The translations under genes were made by a program, and so were the position numbers. Of a DNA stretch of 64,000 nt, positions 10,658-20,745 are shown piece after piece. The DNA comes from Erythrobacter sp. (GTDB taxonomy: Bacteria; Pseudomonadota; Alphaproteobacteria; Sphingomonadales; Sphingomonadaceae), in the NCBI GenBank assembly GCA_009993635.1, contig JAACTC010000011.1:60089-124088 (forward strand), written 5' to 3'. How positions within the stretch are numbered: the stretch's first letter is position 1; each line of letters begins with the position of its first letter. The notes under the pieces were generated by a model. It saw nothing but the letters and a program-made list of their open reading frames with translations. It ran no database searches and was not told where the DNA came from.

Positions 10658-12068
10658 CGATATTCTCCAGCGCCCCAGCGATCCGTTCGACCAGTTTCAC
10701 CGCGACCTCTTCCTTGGGCATCTCGGGCCAATTCTCGACCCCGCTCTGCGTGACGAGATGGATCGTGTTGGATGCCCCGCCCATCACGCTCTGGCCGATA
10801 CCACCCGATACGTCATTGGCGACGATCCAGTCCGCGCGCTTGCGCGTACGCTTGCCGCGCGCGTTCTCGACCACGTCCTGCGTCTCGGCAGCGAAGCCGA
10901 TCAGCAGGCCGGGCCGCGCATCCGACGTGCCCAAGGTAGCCAGAATATCGGGGTTTTCCTCCAGCATCAGCGCAGGCGGTGCGGAGCTGCGCTTCTTGAG
11001 CTTCTGGTCCATCGCATCGCGCGTGCGCCAGTCCGCCACGGCGGCGGCCATCACCGCGACATCTGCGGGTAATGCGGTGCGCACCGCCGCGAGCATCTCG
11101 CGCGCGGTCTGTACGTCGATCCGCGTCACGCCCGGCGGCGTGTCGAGCGTGACCGGCCCGGCGACCAGCGTTACCCGCGCACCCGCCGCAGCCGCCGCGG
11201 CGGCAATGGCGAACCCCTGCTTCCCGCTGGACCGGTTGGCGATGTAGCGCACCGGGTCGATCGGCTCGTGCGTCGGCCCTGCGGTGACCAGCACATGCCG
11301 CCCGGCGAGCGGCGCACCATCGAAGGCGTCGCCAAAGCCGGTTGCGGTCGCGCGCGGGCCAAGATCGTCGGGCGAGATCCGGGCCGAGCCCTTGTCTGCC
11401 AGCAAGGCGTCCTGCGCCGCCGCGCGGGTCTTCGTGCCACGCGGAATCAGCGAGGCGATCAATCCACCAAGACCGCCCTGCTCTTCTTTCGGAGCAGCCT
11501 CACCCGCGGAGCCCGCGCCGCTTCCGGTCCAGCGCGCAATCGCCGCCCAGATCGCGTCGGGTTCGGGAAGGCGGCCCGCGCCATATTCGCCGCATGCCAT
11601 CGTACCTTCGTCGGGCTGCAGCACCATCACGCCCGCATCGCGCAGGGTCGCGACATTGGCCTGCGTCGCGGCGTGGCCCCACATCCGCACGTTCATCGCG
11701 GGCACCGCCATCACCGGCTTGTCCGTTGCCAGCAGCAGCGTGGTCGCCAGATCGTCTGCAATGCCGGCAGCCATCTTGGCGAGCATGTTGGCGGTTGCCG
11801 GGCACACCACGATCAGGTCCGCCTCCCGGCTGAGCTGGATATGCCCCATCTCGACCTCGTTCTTCAGATCCCACAAAGTGGTGTGAACGGAGTTTTCGGA
11901 GAGCGCCGCCAGCGTCATCGGGGTGACGAACTGCGCGCCGCCATCGGTCAGCACGCAGGTCACCTCGCCGCCGTTCCGGCGGATCAGGCGGATCAGCTCG
12001 CAGGATTTGTACGCGGCGATGCCGCCGCCGATGATCAGCAGGATGCGCAGGGCCTTGCCCTCATCCAT
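10650..12068 (-). CDS. coaBC: bifunctional phosphopantothenoylcysteine decarboxylase / phosphopantothenate--cysteine ligase
   Basis: The N-terminal flavoprotein domain reads [19 protein letters not shown]...PAMN. The C-terminal CoaB domain reads [27 protein letters not shown]. It overlaps dut by 8 nt. Confidence 0.92.
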   Translation of the reverse strand: MDEGKALRILLIIGGGIAAYKSCELIRLIRRNGGEVTCVLTDGGAQFVTPMTLAALSENSVHTTLWDLKNEVEMGHIQLSREADLIVVCPATANMLAKMAAGIADDLATTLLLATDKPVMAVPAMNVRMWGHAATQANVATLRDAGVMVLQPDEGTMACGEYGAGRLPEPDAIWAAIARWTGSGAGSAGEAAPKEEQGGLGGLIASLIPRGTKTRAAAQDALLADKGSARISPDDLGPRATATGFGDAFDGAPLAGRHVLVTAGPTHEPIDPVRYIANRSSGKQGFAIAAAAAAAGARVTLVAGPVTLDTPPGVTRIDVQTAREMLAAVRTALPADVAVMAAAVADWRTRDAMDQKLKKRSSAPPALMLEENPDILATLGTSDARPGLLIGFAAETQDVVENARGKRTRKRADWIVANDVSGGIGQSVMGGASNTIHLVTQSGVENWPEMPKEEVAVKLVERIAGALENIDD

Positions 12069-12210
12069 GGTCCGCCTCTTTCTGGTTCAGGTTTCGTTGC
12101 GCGACGGTAACGAGGCGGCGCACGCCGCGCTAGCCCGCGCGCCGTGCGATGCGCTAGGGTGCAGGTCAGGGCGCGGCTGTTGCCAGGTGCCGAAGGGGGA
12201 GAATCGGACC

Positions 12211-12597
12211 ATGGCCATGATCTTGCGTTTCGTCTTGCTGCTGGGCGGCCTCTTCTATGCCGTTATGGGTGCACGCTTCCTGATCGATCCGACTGGAGCC
12301 GCGGAAGGCTTCGCGCTCACCGCCAGTGGGCCGCATGGCTGGTCGACCATTCGCGGCGACATGGCCGCCTTTTTCCTGGTCGGCGCGCTGGGGCTGGTCT
12401 GGGGCGGCGCGCGGCGCGCGGCCACGCCGCTGATATTCACCGCCGCGCTGTTCGGCATCGCGCTGACCGGGCGGGCGATCCATCTGGTGCAAGCAGGCGG
12501 TCACGAAGGCTGGTGGACGCCGATGGCAATCGAAGCGGCAACCACGATCATCAGTTTGGTCGCGGCAGGCGTGTTTGCCCGCGCCGCGCGCGACTAG
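12211..12597 (+). CDS. small integral membrane protein, function unknown
   Basis: The internal ATG gives MAMILRFVLLLGGLFYAVMGARFL and four hydrophobic segments. The upstream part of track ORF 11923.. overlaps coaBC antisense. Confidence 0.45.
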   Translation: MAMILRFVLLLGGLFYAVMGARFLIDPTGAAEGFALTASGPHGWSTIRGDMAAFFLVGALGLVWGGARRAATPLIFTAALFGIALTGRAIHLVQAGGHEGWWTPMAIEAATTIISLVAAGVFARAARD

Positions 12598-14153
12598 CCC
12601 AGCACGCCGAACCCGAACAGCGCGGCCATCGCGCCCGCGCCTGCCAGCAGCAGCGCCGCCTGCCCCAGCCAGCCGGGACCGGGCTTGCGCTCCTTGCGGT
12701 CCCACATCAGCTCGATCTCCGGCACGGGCGGCGGATCGGGCGCACCGCCGCGCGGCGGGTATTTCTCTTCCAGCCTGCGGATCAGCGCGGGGATGCGCTG
12801 GATCGTATCGGCATCTTCGCGCAAGCGGTTGGCGATGGCGGCTTCGGGGCCAAGCTCGTCGCGGATCCAGCTGCGCACGAAGGGTGCGGACACATCCCAC
12901 ATGTTGATCTTGGGGTTGAGCTGGGTCGCGATGCCTTCGACCATCACCATCGTCTTTTGCAGCAGCAGCAGGTGCGGCTGGGTCTGCATGTCGAAATCGC
13001 GCGTGATCGCGAACAGCCCGTCGAGCATCTGGCCGACCGACAGCTCGCTTACCGGCTTACCACGCATCGGCTCCCCCACGGCGCGCAGCGCGGTCGCGAA
13101 TTCGCCGACCGAGTGATAGCTCGGCACATATTGCGCCTCGAAATGGATTTCCGCGACCCGGCGGTAATTGCCGGTGGTCAGCCCGTAGAGGATTTCGGCC
13201 AGCCACTGGCGTGCACGCCGGTCGATCCGGCCCATGATGCCGAAGTCGATCGCCGCGATCGTGCCGTCGGGCTCCACGAACAGATTCCCCTGGTGCATGT
13301 CGGCGTGGAAATAGCCGCCGCTGATCGCCTGGGTGAGGAAGGCGAGCACCAGCCGTTCGGCCAGCTGTTCCAGATCGTGCCCGGCTTCCAGCAGCGCCTT
13401 GCGGTCGCTCATCTTGATCCCGTCGATCCACTCGATGGTCAGCACGCGGCCATTGGTGCGGTCCCAGTCGACCGCCGGGATGCGATATCCCGCAAAGCCC
13501 TTCATCGCTTCGGCCAGCTCGCTCGCCGCGGCCGCTTCGCGCCGCAGGTCCAGCTCCGAATTGGTCCACCGCTTGAAGTTGGCGATGGTCAGCGACGGGC
13601 GCAGGCGCGCAGCCTCGCCGCCCATCGCCTCGACATGGGCGGCGGCCCATTCGTAGGTTGCGATGTCGCGCGCGAACTGTTCGCGAATGCCGGGGCGCAG
13701 CATCTTGACCGCGACCTGCCGCCCGTCGCTGGTGATCGCGCGGTGGACTTGGGCAATCGACGCCGCGCCGACCGGCTTGGGGTCGATTTCCCGAAACAGC
13801 TGCTCGATCGGCTGCGCGAAGGTCGATTCGATGACCGGGCGCAGCGTATCGAACGGCACGGGGGGCAGGTTATCCTGCAGGCTGAGCAGATTGAGCGCCG
13901 CCTCGTCACCGACCAGATCGGGCCGCGTGGCGAGCGACTGGCCCAGCTTGATCGCGGCGGGTCCGATGGCGCGAAACGCACCGGCATAGTCCGGCGTCAC
14001 CGGCTGGCGCGTACCGAAGCGCGCGATGCGGATCAGCTGCTTGACCGGAGTGGGCGCGTTGGGATCGTTCTCGATCCCGCGCAAGGCGCCGTGCCGCGCA
14101 GCGGTGCGCCCCCATTTGAGCAGACGCCAGATGTGGCGTGACGGACGGGTCAT
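12594..14153 (-). CDS. ubiB: ubiquinone biosynthesis ABC1/UbiB-family kinase-like protein
   Basis: GPAAIKLGQSLATRPDLVG, ASIAQVHRA, VAVKMLRPGI and FHADMHQGNLFV are UbiB/ABC1 motifs. There are C-terminal TM helices. Confidence 0.92.
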   Translation of the reverse strand: MTRPSRHIWRLLKWGRTAARHGALRGIENDPNAPTPVKQLIRIARFGTRQPVTPDYAGAFRAIGPAAIKLGQSLATRPDLVGDEAALNLLSLQDNLPPVPFDTLRPVIESTFAQPIEQLFREIDPKPVGAASIAQVHRAITSDGRQVAVKMLRPGIREQFARDIATYEWAAAHVEAMGGEAARLRPSLTIANFKRWTNSELDLRREAAAASELAEAMKGFAGYRIPAVDWDRTNGRVLTIEWIDGIKMSDRKALLEAGHDLEQLAERLVLAFLTQAISGGYFHADMHQGNLFVEPDGTIAAIDFGIMGRIDRRARQWLAEILYGLTTGNYRRVAEIHFEAQYVPSYHSVGEFATALRAVGEPMRGKPVSELSVGQMLDGLFAITRDFDMQTQPHLLLLQKTMVMVEGIATQLNPKINMWDVSAPFVRSWIRDELGPEAAIANRLREDADTIQRIPALIRRLEEKYPPRGGAPDPPPVPEIELMWDRKERKPGPGWLGQAALLLAGAGAMAALFGFGVLG

Positions 14154-14166
14154 GTGCTGCCCATAG

Positions 14167-14330
14167 CCCTCTCCCCGTGGGGGGAGAGGATAGCGAAGGT
14201 CGCTCCGCAGGAACTACCGCAGCTTGGAGAGGGGAGTGCCCGGCCTGCGAAAACGGACGTCCCTCTCCAACTCCGGCTAGCCGGCTTCGCCGCCAAGCCT
14301 GCGTATCCTCTCCCCGAACGGGGAGAGGGC
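14167..14330. repeat. cluster of three REP-like GC-rich hairpins sharing CCTCTCCCC / GGGGAGAGG arms
   Basis: The three hairpins are CCTCTCCCCGTGGGGGGAGAGG (14168..14189), TTGGAGAGGGGA...TCCCTCTCCAA (14224..14270) and CCTCTCCCCGAACGGGGAGAGG (14308..14329). They lie in the ubiE-ubiB spacer. Confidence 0.7.
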
Positions 14331-14349
14331 CATGACAGACGGGATGCCA

Positions 14350-15080
14350 CTAAATCTTCCAGCCCGAATGGATCGCGACGAGGCCGCCCATGATCGGCTC
14401 TACCTTCGTCTGGCTGAAGCCAGCCGCGCGGATCATGCCTTCGAACTCGGCCATCGGCGGGAAGCGGCGAATCGATTCGACGAGGTAGCGGTACGAATCC
14501 TCGTCCTGCGCGATGGCCTTGCCCAGTTGCGGCACGACGCGTTCGGAATAGAGATCGTAGGCATCCTTGAAGCCCGGCCATTCAACCGTGCTGAATTCCA
14601 GGCAATAGAACCGCCCGCCGTGCTTCAGCACGCGGTGCGCCTCTGCCAGCGCCTTGTCGATATAGGTGACGTTCCGGATGCCGAAAGCGATGGTGTAGGC
14701 ATCGAACATGCGCGAGGCGTAGGGCAGTTCCTCGGCGTTCTGGCAGCTCCACGACAGGCCTTCGATCCCGCGTTCCATCGCGCGTTCGATGCCACAATCG
14801 AGCATGTCCTGGTTGATGTCGGCCACGGTCACTTCCGCGCCTGCGGCCGCCATGCGGAAGGCGATGTCACCCGTCCCGCCCGCCATGTCGAGAATGGCCT
14901 CGCCCGCCTGCGGTTTCACCCGGCGCACGAAACGGTCTTTCCAGAGCCGGTGCATCCCGCCCGACATCGCATCGTTCATCACGTCGTACTTGGCGGCGAC
15001 ATTGGAAAAGACGCCGCCGACGCGCGCGGTCTTCTCATCGGGGCTGACGTTTTCGTAGCCGAAAGAAACGGTTTCGCTCA
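14350..15080 (-). CDS. ubiE: demethylmenaquinone/ubiquinone C-methyltransferase
   Basis: MSETVSFGYENVSPDEKTARVGGVFSNVAAKYDVMND...ILDMAGGTGDIAF is typical UbiE. The start at 15080 is preferred over the track start at 15243. Confidence 0.92.
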
Positions 15081-15214
15081 TGGCCGTGGGCCTTAGTGGC
15101 AAACTGGTTGGGCGTCTATTCGGAGCTTTGTTCGAAACCGTGCCAGCCCTCTGGCACCGCTGGCGGCGACTCTCCATATGCAGCATCGAGACCCTGCAAA
15201 CCGCCGGAACGAAA

Positions 15215-16030
15215 ATGCCCGAACTGCCAGAGGTCGAGACCACCGTGCGCGGCCTCGCCCTTCATCTCGAAAACCGAATCATCGAGGCGGCTCGCGCCAC
15301 CCGGCCCGATATGCGCCGCCCCTTCCCCGCCGGCCTGGGGCAGGCGCTGGTCGGTGCACGCGTGACCGGGCTGGGCCGGCGCGCGAAGTTCGGCCTGATT
15401 CACACCGACCGCGACCAGACGCTGATCTTTCATCTGGGCATGAGCGGCCGCTGGCGGATCGACCCCGACAGGCTTGAGAAGCACGACCACTTCCTGATCG
15501 AGACCGAAGCGAATCGATTCGCGCTCAACGATCCGCGCCGGTTCGGCTGGGTCGATCTGGTCGATACGCCCATGCTCGATCAATGGCCCAGCTTCGCCGG
15601 CATGGGACCGGAACCCCTCGGCCCGGATCTGACCGCCGCCTATCTGAAGCGCGCGCTCGCGGGCCGGAAGCAGGCGATCAAGCTGATGCTGCTCGACCAG
15701 CGAATCGTCGCCGGGCTCGGCAATATCTATGTCTGCGAGGCGCTGTGGCGGGCGCGAATCGGCCCGCGGCGCGCGGCGGCACGCATCTCGCTCGCCGCGC
15801 TGGAACGGCTGGTGACCGAGATTCGCGCGGTGCTGGAACAGTCGATTCGCGATGGCGGCTCCAGCCTGCGGGACTTTGCCCGGCCCGACGGCGAGCTGGG
15901 CTATTTCTCCACCCGATTCGACGTCTACGGGCGGACGGGGGAGCCATGCCGGCGCGATGATGGTGGGCACATCGTGCGAATCGTGCAAGGAGGGCGCAGC
16001 ACGTGGTACTGCCCGCGCTGTCAGCGATAA
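15215..16030 (+). CDS. mutM: formamidopyrimidine-DNA glycosylase
   Basis: The [15 protein letters not shown]-terminus is characteristic. The C-terminal zinc finger reads [26 protein letters not shown]. Confidence 0.92.
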   Translation: MPELPEVETTVRGLALHLENRIIEAARATRPDMRRPFPAGLGQALVGARVTGLGRRAKFGLIHTDRDQTLIFHLGMSGRWRIDPDRLEKHDHFLIETEANRFALNDPRRFGWVDLVDTPMLDQWPSFAGMGPEPLGPDLTAAYLKRALAGRKQAIKLMLLDQRIVAGLGNIYVCEALWRARIGPRRAAARISLAALERLVTEIRAVLEQSIRDGGSSLRDFARPDGELGYFSTRFDVYGRTGEPCRRDDGGHIVRIVQGGRSTWYCPRCQR

Positions 16031-16175
16031 GGCCGGAGACAGGTTTGCCCCCAATTTCCTTGACGCGCTGCGCCATCGGCCCTATGTGCCGCGCCTTCCG
16101 GCGAGCAATCGCCGTTCCCAGGATTTGACATTAGACAGCAGGCCGCGCGCTTCGCGGCTCGAAACAAGGACGACC

Positions 16176-16436
16176 ATGGCCAATACGCCGCAAGCCCGCA
16201 AACGCATTCGTCGCAACGCGCGCCGCGCCGAAATCAACGGTTCGCGCATGAGCCGCATCCGCACCTTCGTGAAGAAGGTCGAAGCGGCGATCGAAGGTGG
16301 CGACAAGGAAGCCGCGCAGAACGCGCTCCGCGCCGCACAGCCCGAACTGGCCCGTGGCGTTGCCCGCGGCGTGCTGCACAAGAACACCGCCTCGCGGAAG
16401 ATGAGCCGCCTTTCCAAGCGGGTCTCGGCGCTCTAA
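16176..16436 (+). CDS. rpsT: 30S ribosomal protein S20
   Basis: [36 protein letters not shown]..., 86 aa. Confidence 0.92.
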   Translation: MANTPQARKRIRRNARRAEINGSRMSRIRTFVKKVEAAIEGGDKEAAQNALRAAQPELARGVARGVLHKNTASRKMSRLSKRVSAL

Positions 16437-16469
16437 CTTCACGTAAGGCCTTGCAATTGGACCTCGAAA

Positions 16470-16502
16470 GGGGGTCGTCGCAGCGTGCGGCGGCCCCTTT
16501 TT
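16470..16502 (+). terminator. rho-independent terminator after rpsT
   Basis: GGGGGTCGTCGCA-GCG-TGCGGCGGCCCC forms a stem with two G-U pairs and is followed by TTTTT. Confidence 0.6.
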
Positions 16503-16885
16503 CGATTCCGTCTTCAAGCTGTCATATTCACTTTCCGATTCGAGCTAGGATTTCTGCGCCTTACAGCAGTGTGGAAAGGTGAAAAAACAGCCTTTACAGA
16601 TAGTTAAACGGCCTTCTGCGGTTCTTGGCGTGTCAATTTCTTTATTTCAATTCGACGACTATTTCCCGCTTGCCGTGCCACCCACAGACCTGCTTTATAA
16701 ACCCCATCGCCGGGTTGGGGACACTCCCGGCGCCTAAATCGAAGATGGCCAATTGGGTGGCTTCTCAGCCTGCACGCGATCCACGCGACTGCGGCTACGG
16801 AACCGCTTTGCCCATCGAAATTCGGACTGGTTTTCTAGTCTGGTGGCGATCCGCGCTGCCGGAAGCGGAGGTGAATTAGCATATC
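16503..16885 (+). promoter_or_regulatory. relatively AT-rich dnaA leader/promoter region with weak DnaA-box-like sites
   Basis: G+C is locally low. TGTGGAAAG (16570..16578) matches TGTGGATAA at 7 of 9 positions. CGATCCACG (about 16778) resembles TGATCCACA. No perfect boxes were seen. Confidence 0.3.
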
Positions 16886-18343
16886 ATGGCACGTATTCCC
16901 GACACGAACGGCGCGGCGCGCAAGCGTACCAAGGGCGACGGCGAAGACGACATGGAGCGCGTCGCGCTCACCGCAGACTGGGACGATATTACTGCGGGTC
17001 TGCGCAAGGATCTGGGCCATCAGTTGCACAGCCAGTGGATCAAGCCGATCCAGCTGGGCGAATTCGATGCCGAAACCGGCACTCTGGCGCTCTATCTGCC
17101 GTCCGAATTCGCCGCCGAGTGGGTGCGCAAGCATTTCGCCGACCGTCTTTCGCTCGCGTGGAAGATCATGCGGTCCGAAATCAAGACCGTCGCGATCGAA
17201 GTGCATCCGAGCCGCAAGCGCATGGCCGACATCTCGCTGGGCGATTCGCGCATTCCGGCCAATGACCGGCCCGATCTGCGTGTCGTTTCCGATGGCGGCT
17301 TCGGCGATCCCGGCTTCAGCTCGGTCGGGCTCGATGCCTCGCTGACCTTTGCCGCCTTCGTTACCGGCGATGCCAACGTGCTGGCCCGCAATGCCGCGCA
17401 GCGCATGGCCGCCAGCGAGAAGCCGCAGTTCTCGCCGCTCTACATCAAGGCTGCGACAGGCCAGGGCAAGACGCACCTGCTGCATGCCATCGGCCACCAG
17501 TTCCTCAGCCAGCATCCGCGCGCACGCATCTTCTACTGCAGTGCAGAGCGTTTCATGGTGGAATTCGTCCAGGCGCTGAAACAGAACCGGATGATCGAAT
17601 TCAAGACGCGCCTGCGCGGGTTCGACCTGCTGCTGGTCGACGACCTGCAGTTTATCATCGGCAAGGCGAGCGCGCAGGAAGAGCTGCTGTACACGATCGA
17701 TCACCTGCTGTCCGAAGGCAAGCGACTGGTCTTCGCCGCCGACCGGGCACCGCAGGCACTCGATTCTGTCGAACCGCGTCTGCTCAGCCGCCTGTCGATG
17801 GGCCTGGTCGCGGATATCCAGCCCGCCGATCTGGAGCTGCGCCGCATGATCCTCGAATCGAAGCTGACCCGGTTCGCGCCGCTCAGCGTGCCCGACGATG
17901 TGGTCGACTTCCTCGCCCGCACGATCACTCGCAACGTGCGCGAACTGGTCGGCGGCCTCAACAAGCTGATCGCCTATGCCCAGCTGACCGGCCAGCCCGT
18001 ATCGCTGCAGCTGGCCGAGGAACAGCTGACCGATATCCTCTCGGCCAACCGCCGCCGGATCACGATCGACGAGATCCAGCGCACCGTGTGCCAGTTCTAC
18101 CGCATCGACCGCTCCGAGATGAGCAGCAAGCGCCGCACCCGCGCGGTGGTCCGCCCCCGGCAGGTCGCGATGTACCTCTCCAAGGTGCTGACCCCGCGCA
18201 GCTACCCCGAAATCGGGCGCAAATTCGGCGGGCGCGACCACTCAACCGTGATCCACGCGGTCAAGCTGATCGAAGACCTGCGCACCCGCGATGCCGATAT
18301 GGACGGCGACGTCCGCAGCCTGCTGCGCCAGCTCGAGAGCTGA
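16886..18343 (+). CDS. dnaA: chromosomal replication initiator protein DnaA
   Basis: AAA+ motifs are present: PLYIKAATGQGKTHLLHAIG and LLLVDDLQFI. The C-terminal DNA-binding domain reads RPRQVAMYLSKVLTPRSYPEIGRKFGGRDHSTVIHA. Confidence 0.96.
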   Translation: MARIPDTNGAARKRTKGDGEDDMERVALTADWDDITAGLRKDLGHQLHSQWIKPIQLGEFDAETGTLALYLPSEFAAEWVRKHFADRLSLAWKIMRSEIKTVAIEVHPSRKRMADISLGDSRIPANDRPDLRVVSDGGFGDPGFSSVGLDASLTFAAFVTGDANVLARNAAQRMAASEKPQFSPLYIKAATGQGKTHLLHAIGHQFLSQHPRARIFYCSAERFMVEFVQALKQNRMIEFKTRLRGFDLLLVDDLQFIIGKASAQEELLYTIDHLLSEGKRLVFAADRAPQALDSVEPRLLSRLSMGLVADIQPADLELRRMILESKLTRFAPLSVPDDVVDFLARTITRNVRELVGGLNKLIAYAQLTGQPVSLQLAEEQLTDILSANRRRITIDEIQRTVCQFYRIDRSEMSSKRRTRAVVRPRQVAMYLSKVLTPRSYPEIGRKFGGRDHSTVIHAVKLIEDLRTRDADMDGDVRSLLRQLES

Positions 18344-18442
18344 TCTCACTCACAGTCGCCCCGCATCCCGTGAACCGTTTGTCGGCAGACCGATCCACAG
18401 GTCTGTCGACAGGCAGCGCACAGGCTGCCAACAGCTACGTCC

Positions 18443-18868
18443 ATGGCCGATCCCCAGACCTATCCCGCGCGAGTCGATTTGCCCGGCACGCTCGGCGCGG
18501 CGCTGCTGCGCGCGCTTCGCGGGCAATGTCCGCGTTGCGGCGAGGCGCGGCTGTTCCGCAAATGGCTCAAGCCGGTCGACCGGTGCCCGCAATGCGCGCA
18601 GGACTGGTCGGCGCAACAGGCTGACGATTTTCCCGCCTATATCGGCATCTTCGTTGTCGGCCACCTGCTCGCCCCGGTCGTGATCGCGATGATCGGCAGC
18701 TACGGCATGTCGGCATGGCTGACGCTGGCGATCATCCTGCCGGTCGCGGTGGCGATGCTGCTGGCCATGCTCCAGCCGGTGAAGGGGGGCGTAATCGCTT
18801 TCCTGTGGTGGTTCGGGATCGGGGGTTTCGTGCAGGAGCGGCGTGCAGAGGATATCAACAAGCCGTGA
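18443..18868 (+). CDS. DUF983-like zinc-ribbon membrane protein
   Basis: A CPRCGEARLF...CPQC zinc ribbon is followed by two TM helices. Confidence 0.6.
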   Translation: MADPQTYPARVDLPGTLGAALLRALRGQCPRCGEARLFRKWLKPVDRCPQCAQDWSAQQADDFPAYIGIFVVGHLLAPVVIAMIGSYGMSAWLTLAIILPVAVAMLLAMLQPVKGGVIAFLWWFGIGGFVQERRAEDINKP

Positions 18869-19635
18869 GCCTCGCCCCCGAAAGGCTTGAGCGGTTCGCG
18901 CGCCATATCGTGCTGCCCGAAGTGGGCGGCGCGGGGCAGGCGGCGCTGGCGGGCAGACATGTCGCGCTGATCGGCCTTGGCGGGATCGGCAGCCCCGCGC
19001 TGCAATATCTGGCCGGAGCGGGCGTGGGCCGGTTCACGCTGGTCGATTCTGGCGATGTCGAGCTTTCCAACCTCCAGCGCCAGACGATCTACACCACGCG
19101 CGATATCGGCCATGCAAAGGCGGTCGCCGCGCGCCGCTGGCTGGCCAATTTCGATGGCGCGATTCCTGCCGAGGTGCGCGACGACCGGATCGATTCGCAC
19201 AACGCAGGCGCGCTCATCGCAAATGCGGACCTCGTGCTCGACGGGACGGACAATTTCGCCACCCGGCTGGCGGTATCCGATGCCTGCGTCGCGGCGGGCA
19301 CCCCGCTGCTCTCCGCTGCCGTGGGGCGCTTTCAGGGGCAGGTCGGCGCCTTCGCGGGCCACCTGCCCGATCAGGCCTGCTACCGCTGCTATGTTGGCGA
19401 CGCCTTCGACGCCGAGGATTGCGACACCTGCGCGGAAGATGGCGTGCTGGGCGCGATGGTCGGCTGGGTCGGCAGCTTCGCCGCCATGCAGGCGATCCGC
19501 GTGCTGCTGGCCGGCGCGAGCAGCTTCGGCGATCCGCAATGGGGCACGCTGCACCTGATGGACGGCCTGACGCCGGACATGCGCAGCTTCCGGATTGCGA
19601 AAGACCCGGCGTGCAGCGGGTGCGATGGCCGCTAG
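18865..19635 (+). CDS. HesA/MoeB/ThiF-family adenylyltransferase
   Basis: The GTG start overlaps the upstream stop (GTGA). RFARHIVLPEVGGAGQ..., GLGGIGSPALQYLAGAGVG and DxVELSNLQRQ are E1-like motifs. Confidence 0.75.
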   Translation: MSLAPERLERFARHIVLPEVGGAGQAALAGRHVALIGLGGIGSPALQYLAGAGVGRFTLVDSGDVELSNLQRQTIYTTRDIGHAKAVAARRWLANFDGAIPAEVRDDRIDSHNAGALIANADLVLDGTDNFATRLAVSDACVAAGTPLLSAAVGRFQGQVGAFAGHLPDQACYRCYVGDAFDAEDCDTCAEDGVLGAMVGWVGSFAAMQAIRVLLAGASSFGDPQWGTLHLMDGLTPDMRSFRIAKDPACSGCDGR

Positions 19636-19970
19636 AAACTGGCGCCGTCAACGAATGTCTTCGGCAGGTTCTCCCACAGTTTGGCATCGAACATGCGCAG
19701 GTTCACACCCATGCGGTCGTATAGCGGATCGACCGCCGTCCAGTGGGTCGTGCAGGCGCAGGTGCCGCAGTGCCACAGCGTGATCATGCGATCGCCCTGC
19801 TGATAGCCGGTCGCTTCACCCTCGATCGTCACTTGGCGCGGTGAGCAATAATGCCACAGCCCTGCGGTCCGGCGACAGATCGAGCAATTGCACTCGCTGA
19901 CCTCGGTCGGCTCGTCGCGCAGCGTGAGCTGGATCGCCCCGCAATGACAGCTTCCGTCGTGTTCGCTCAT
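19632..19970 (-). CDS. GFA (glutathione-dependent formaldehyde-activating / CENP-V) family protein
   Basis: The Cys pattern CHCGAI...CNCSIC...CGTC fits the family. Its start overlaps the cobB stop (ATGA). Confidence 0.7.
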   Translation of the reverse strand: MSEHDGSCHCGAIQLTLRDEPTEVSECNCSICRRTAGLWHYCSPRQVTIEGEATGYQQGDRMITLWHCGTCACTTHWTAVDPLYDRMGVNLRMFDAKLWENLPKTFVDGASF

Positions 19971-20677
19971 CCCAGCACCTCGTTCACCCACGCGGGCACC
20001 AGCTCGCCCGCCCTGCCCTGGCGCGATTCGTCGAACCAGTGCGAGCCTTCGCTCCGCTCCAAATTGAGCTCCAGCGTGCGCGCGCCATAGGCGGCGGCCT
20101 CCTGTACGAAGCCCGCAGCGGGGTAGACCGCGCCGCTTGTGCCGATCGAGACGAACAGATCCGCCTTGGCCAGCGCGGCGTAGATCCGCTCCATTTCATA
20201 GGGCATCTCGCCGAACCAGACGATGTCGGGCCGCAGCGCGGGTGCGCCGCAGGCCTCGCAGGGGGGAGCATCGGTCAGCGGTCCGTGCCACTGCGCCCGG
20301 GTTCCGCAAGCCGCGCACAACGCGCTGCGCAGCCGCCCATGCATGTGCAGCACCCGGCGGGCGCCCGCACGCTCGTGCAGATCGTCGACATTCTGCGTCA
20401 CGATCAGCAGGCTGTGCGTTTCGTCGTCGGGCCACCGGGCGTCGAGCCGCGCCAGCGCATCGTGCGCCGCGTTGGGCTCGACCGAATCCAGCGCCGCACG
20501 GCGGGCGTCGTAGAACCCCTGCACCAGCGAGGGATTGCGGGCGAACGCCTCTGGCGTGGCGACATCCTCTATCCGGTGTTTCTCCCACAATCCGCCCGCA
20601 TCGCGAAACGTATCGATCCCGCTTTCGGCGGAAATCCCTGCTCCTGTCAGGATGACGATATTGCCGGTCTGCTTCAT
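19967..20677 (-). CDS. cobB: NAD-dependent protein deacylase (Sir2 family)
   Basis: Contains ILTGAGISAESGIDTFR, QNVDDLHERAG and the zinc motif CxxC...CxxC. Confidence 0.88.
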   Translation of the reverse strand: MKQTGNIVILTGAGISAESGIDTFRDAGGLWEKHRIEDVATPEAFARNPSLVQGFYDARRAALDSVEPNAAHDALARLDARWPDDETHSLLIVTQNVDDLHERAGARRVLHMHGRLRSALCAACGTRAQWHGPLTDAPPCEACGAPALRPDIVWFGEMPYEMERIYAALAKADLFVSIGTSGAVYPAAGFVQEAAAYGARTLELNLERSEGSHWFDESRQGRAGELVPAWVNEVLG

Positions 20678-20745
20678 ACGGCACGCTCTAGCCCGCATGG
20701 GGCCTGCGTGATACCGCCCGAGCCTGGAAAATATGCCGGAGGATA

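Noticed and set aside
12144-14141. 665-aa ORF antisense to ubiB
   Set aside because: It is a shadow ORF. The UbiB kinase-like motifs are on the minus strand.
16503-16885. Calling this region oriC
   Set aside because: It has only degenerate DnaA boxes and no clear AT-rich 13-mer-like repeats. Alphaproteobacterial origins are often elsewhere, so it is reported only as a regulatory region.
16835-18241. 468-aa ORF antisense to dnaA
   Set aside because: It is a shadow ORF opposite a certain dnaA call.
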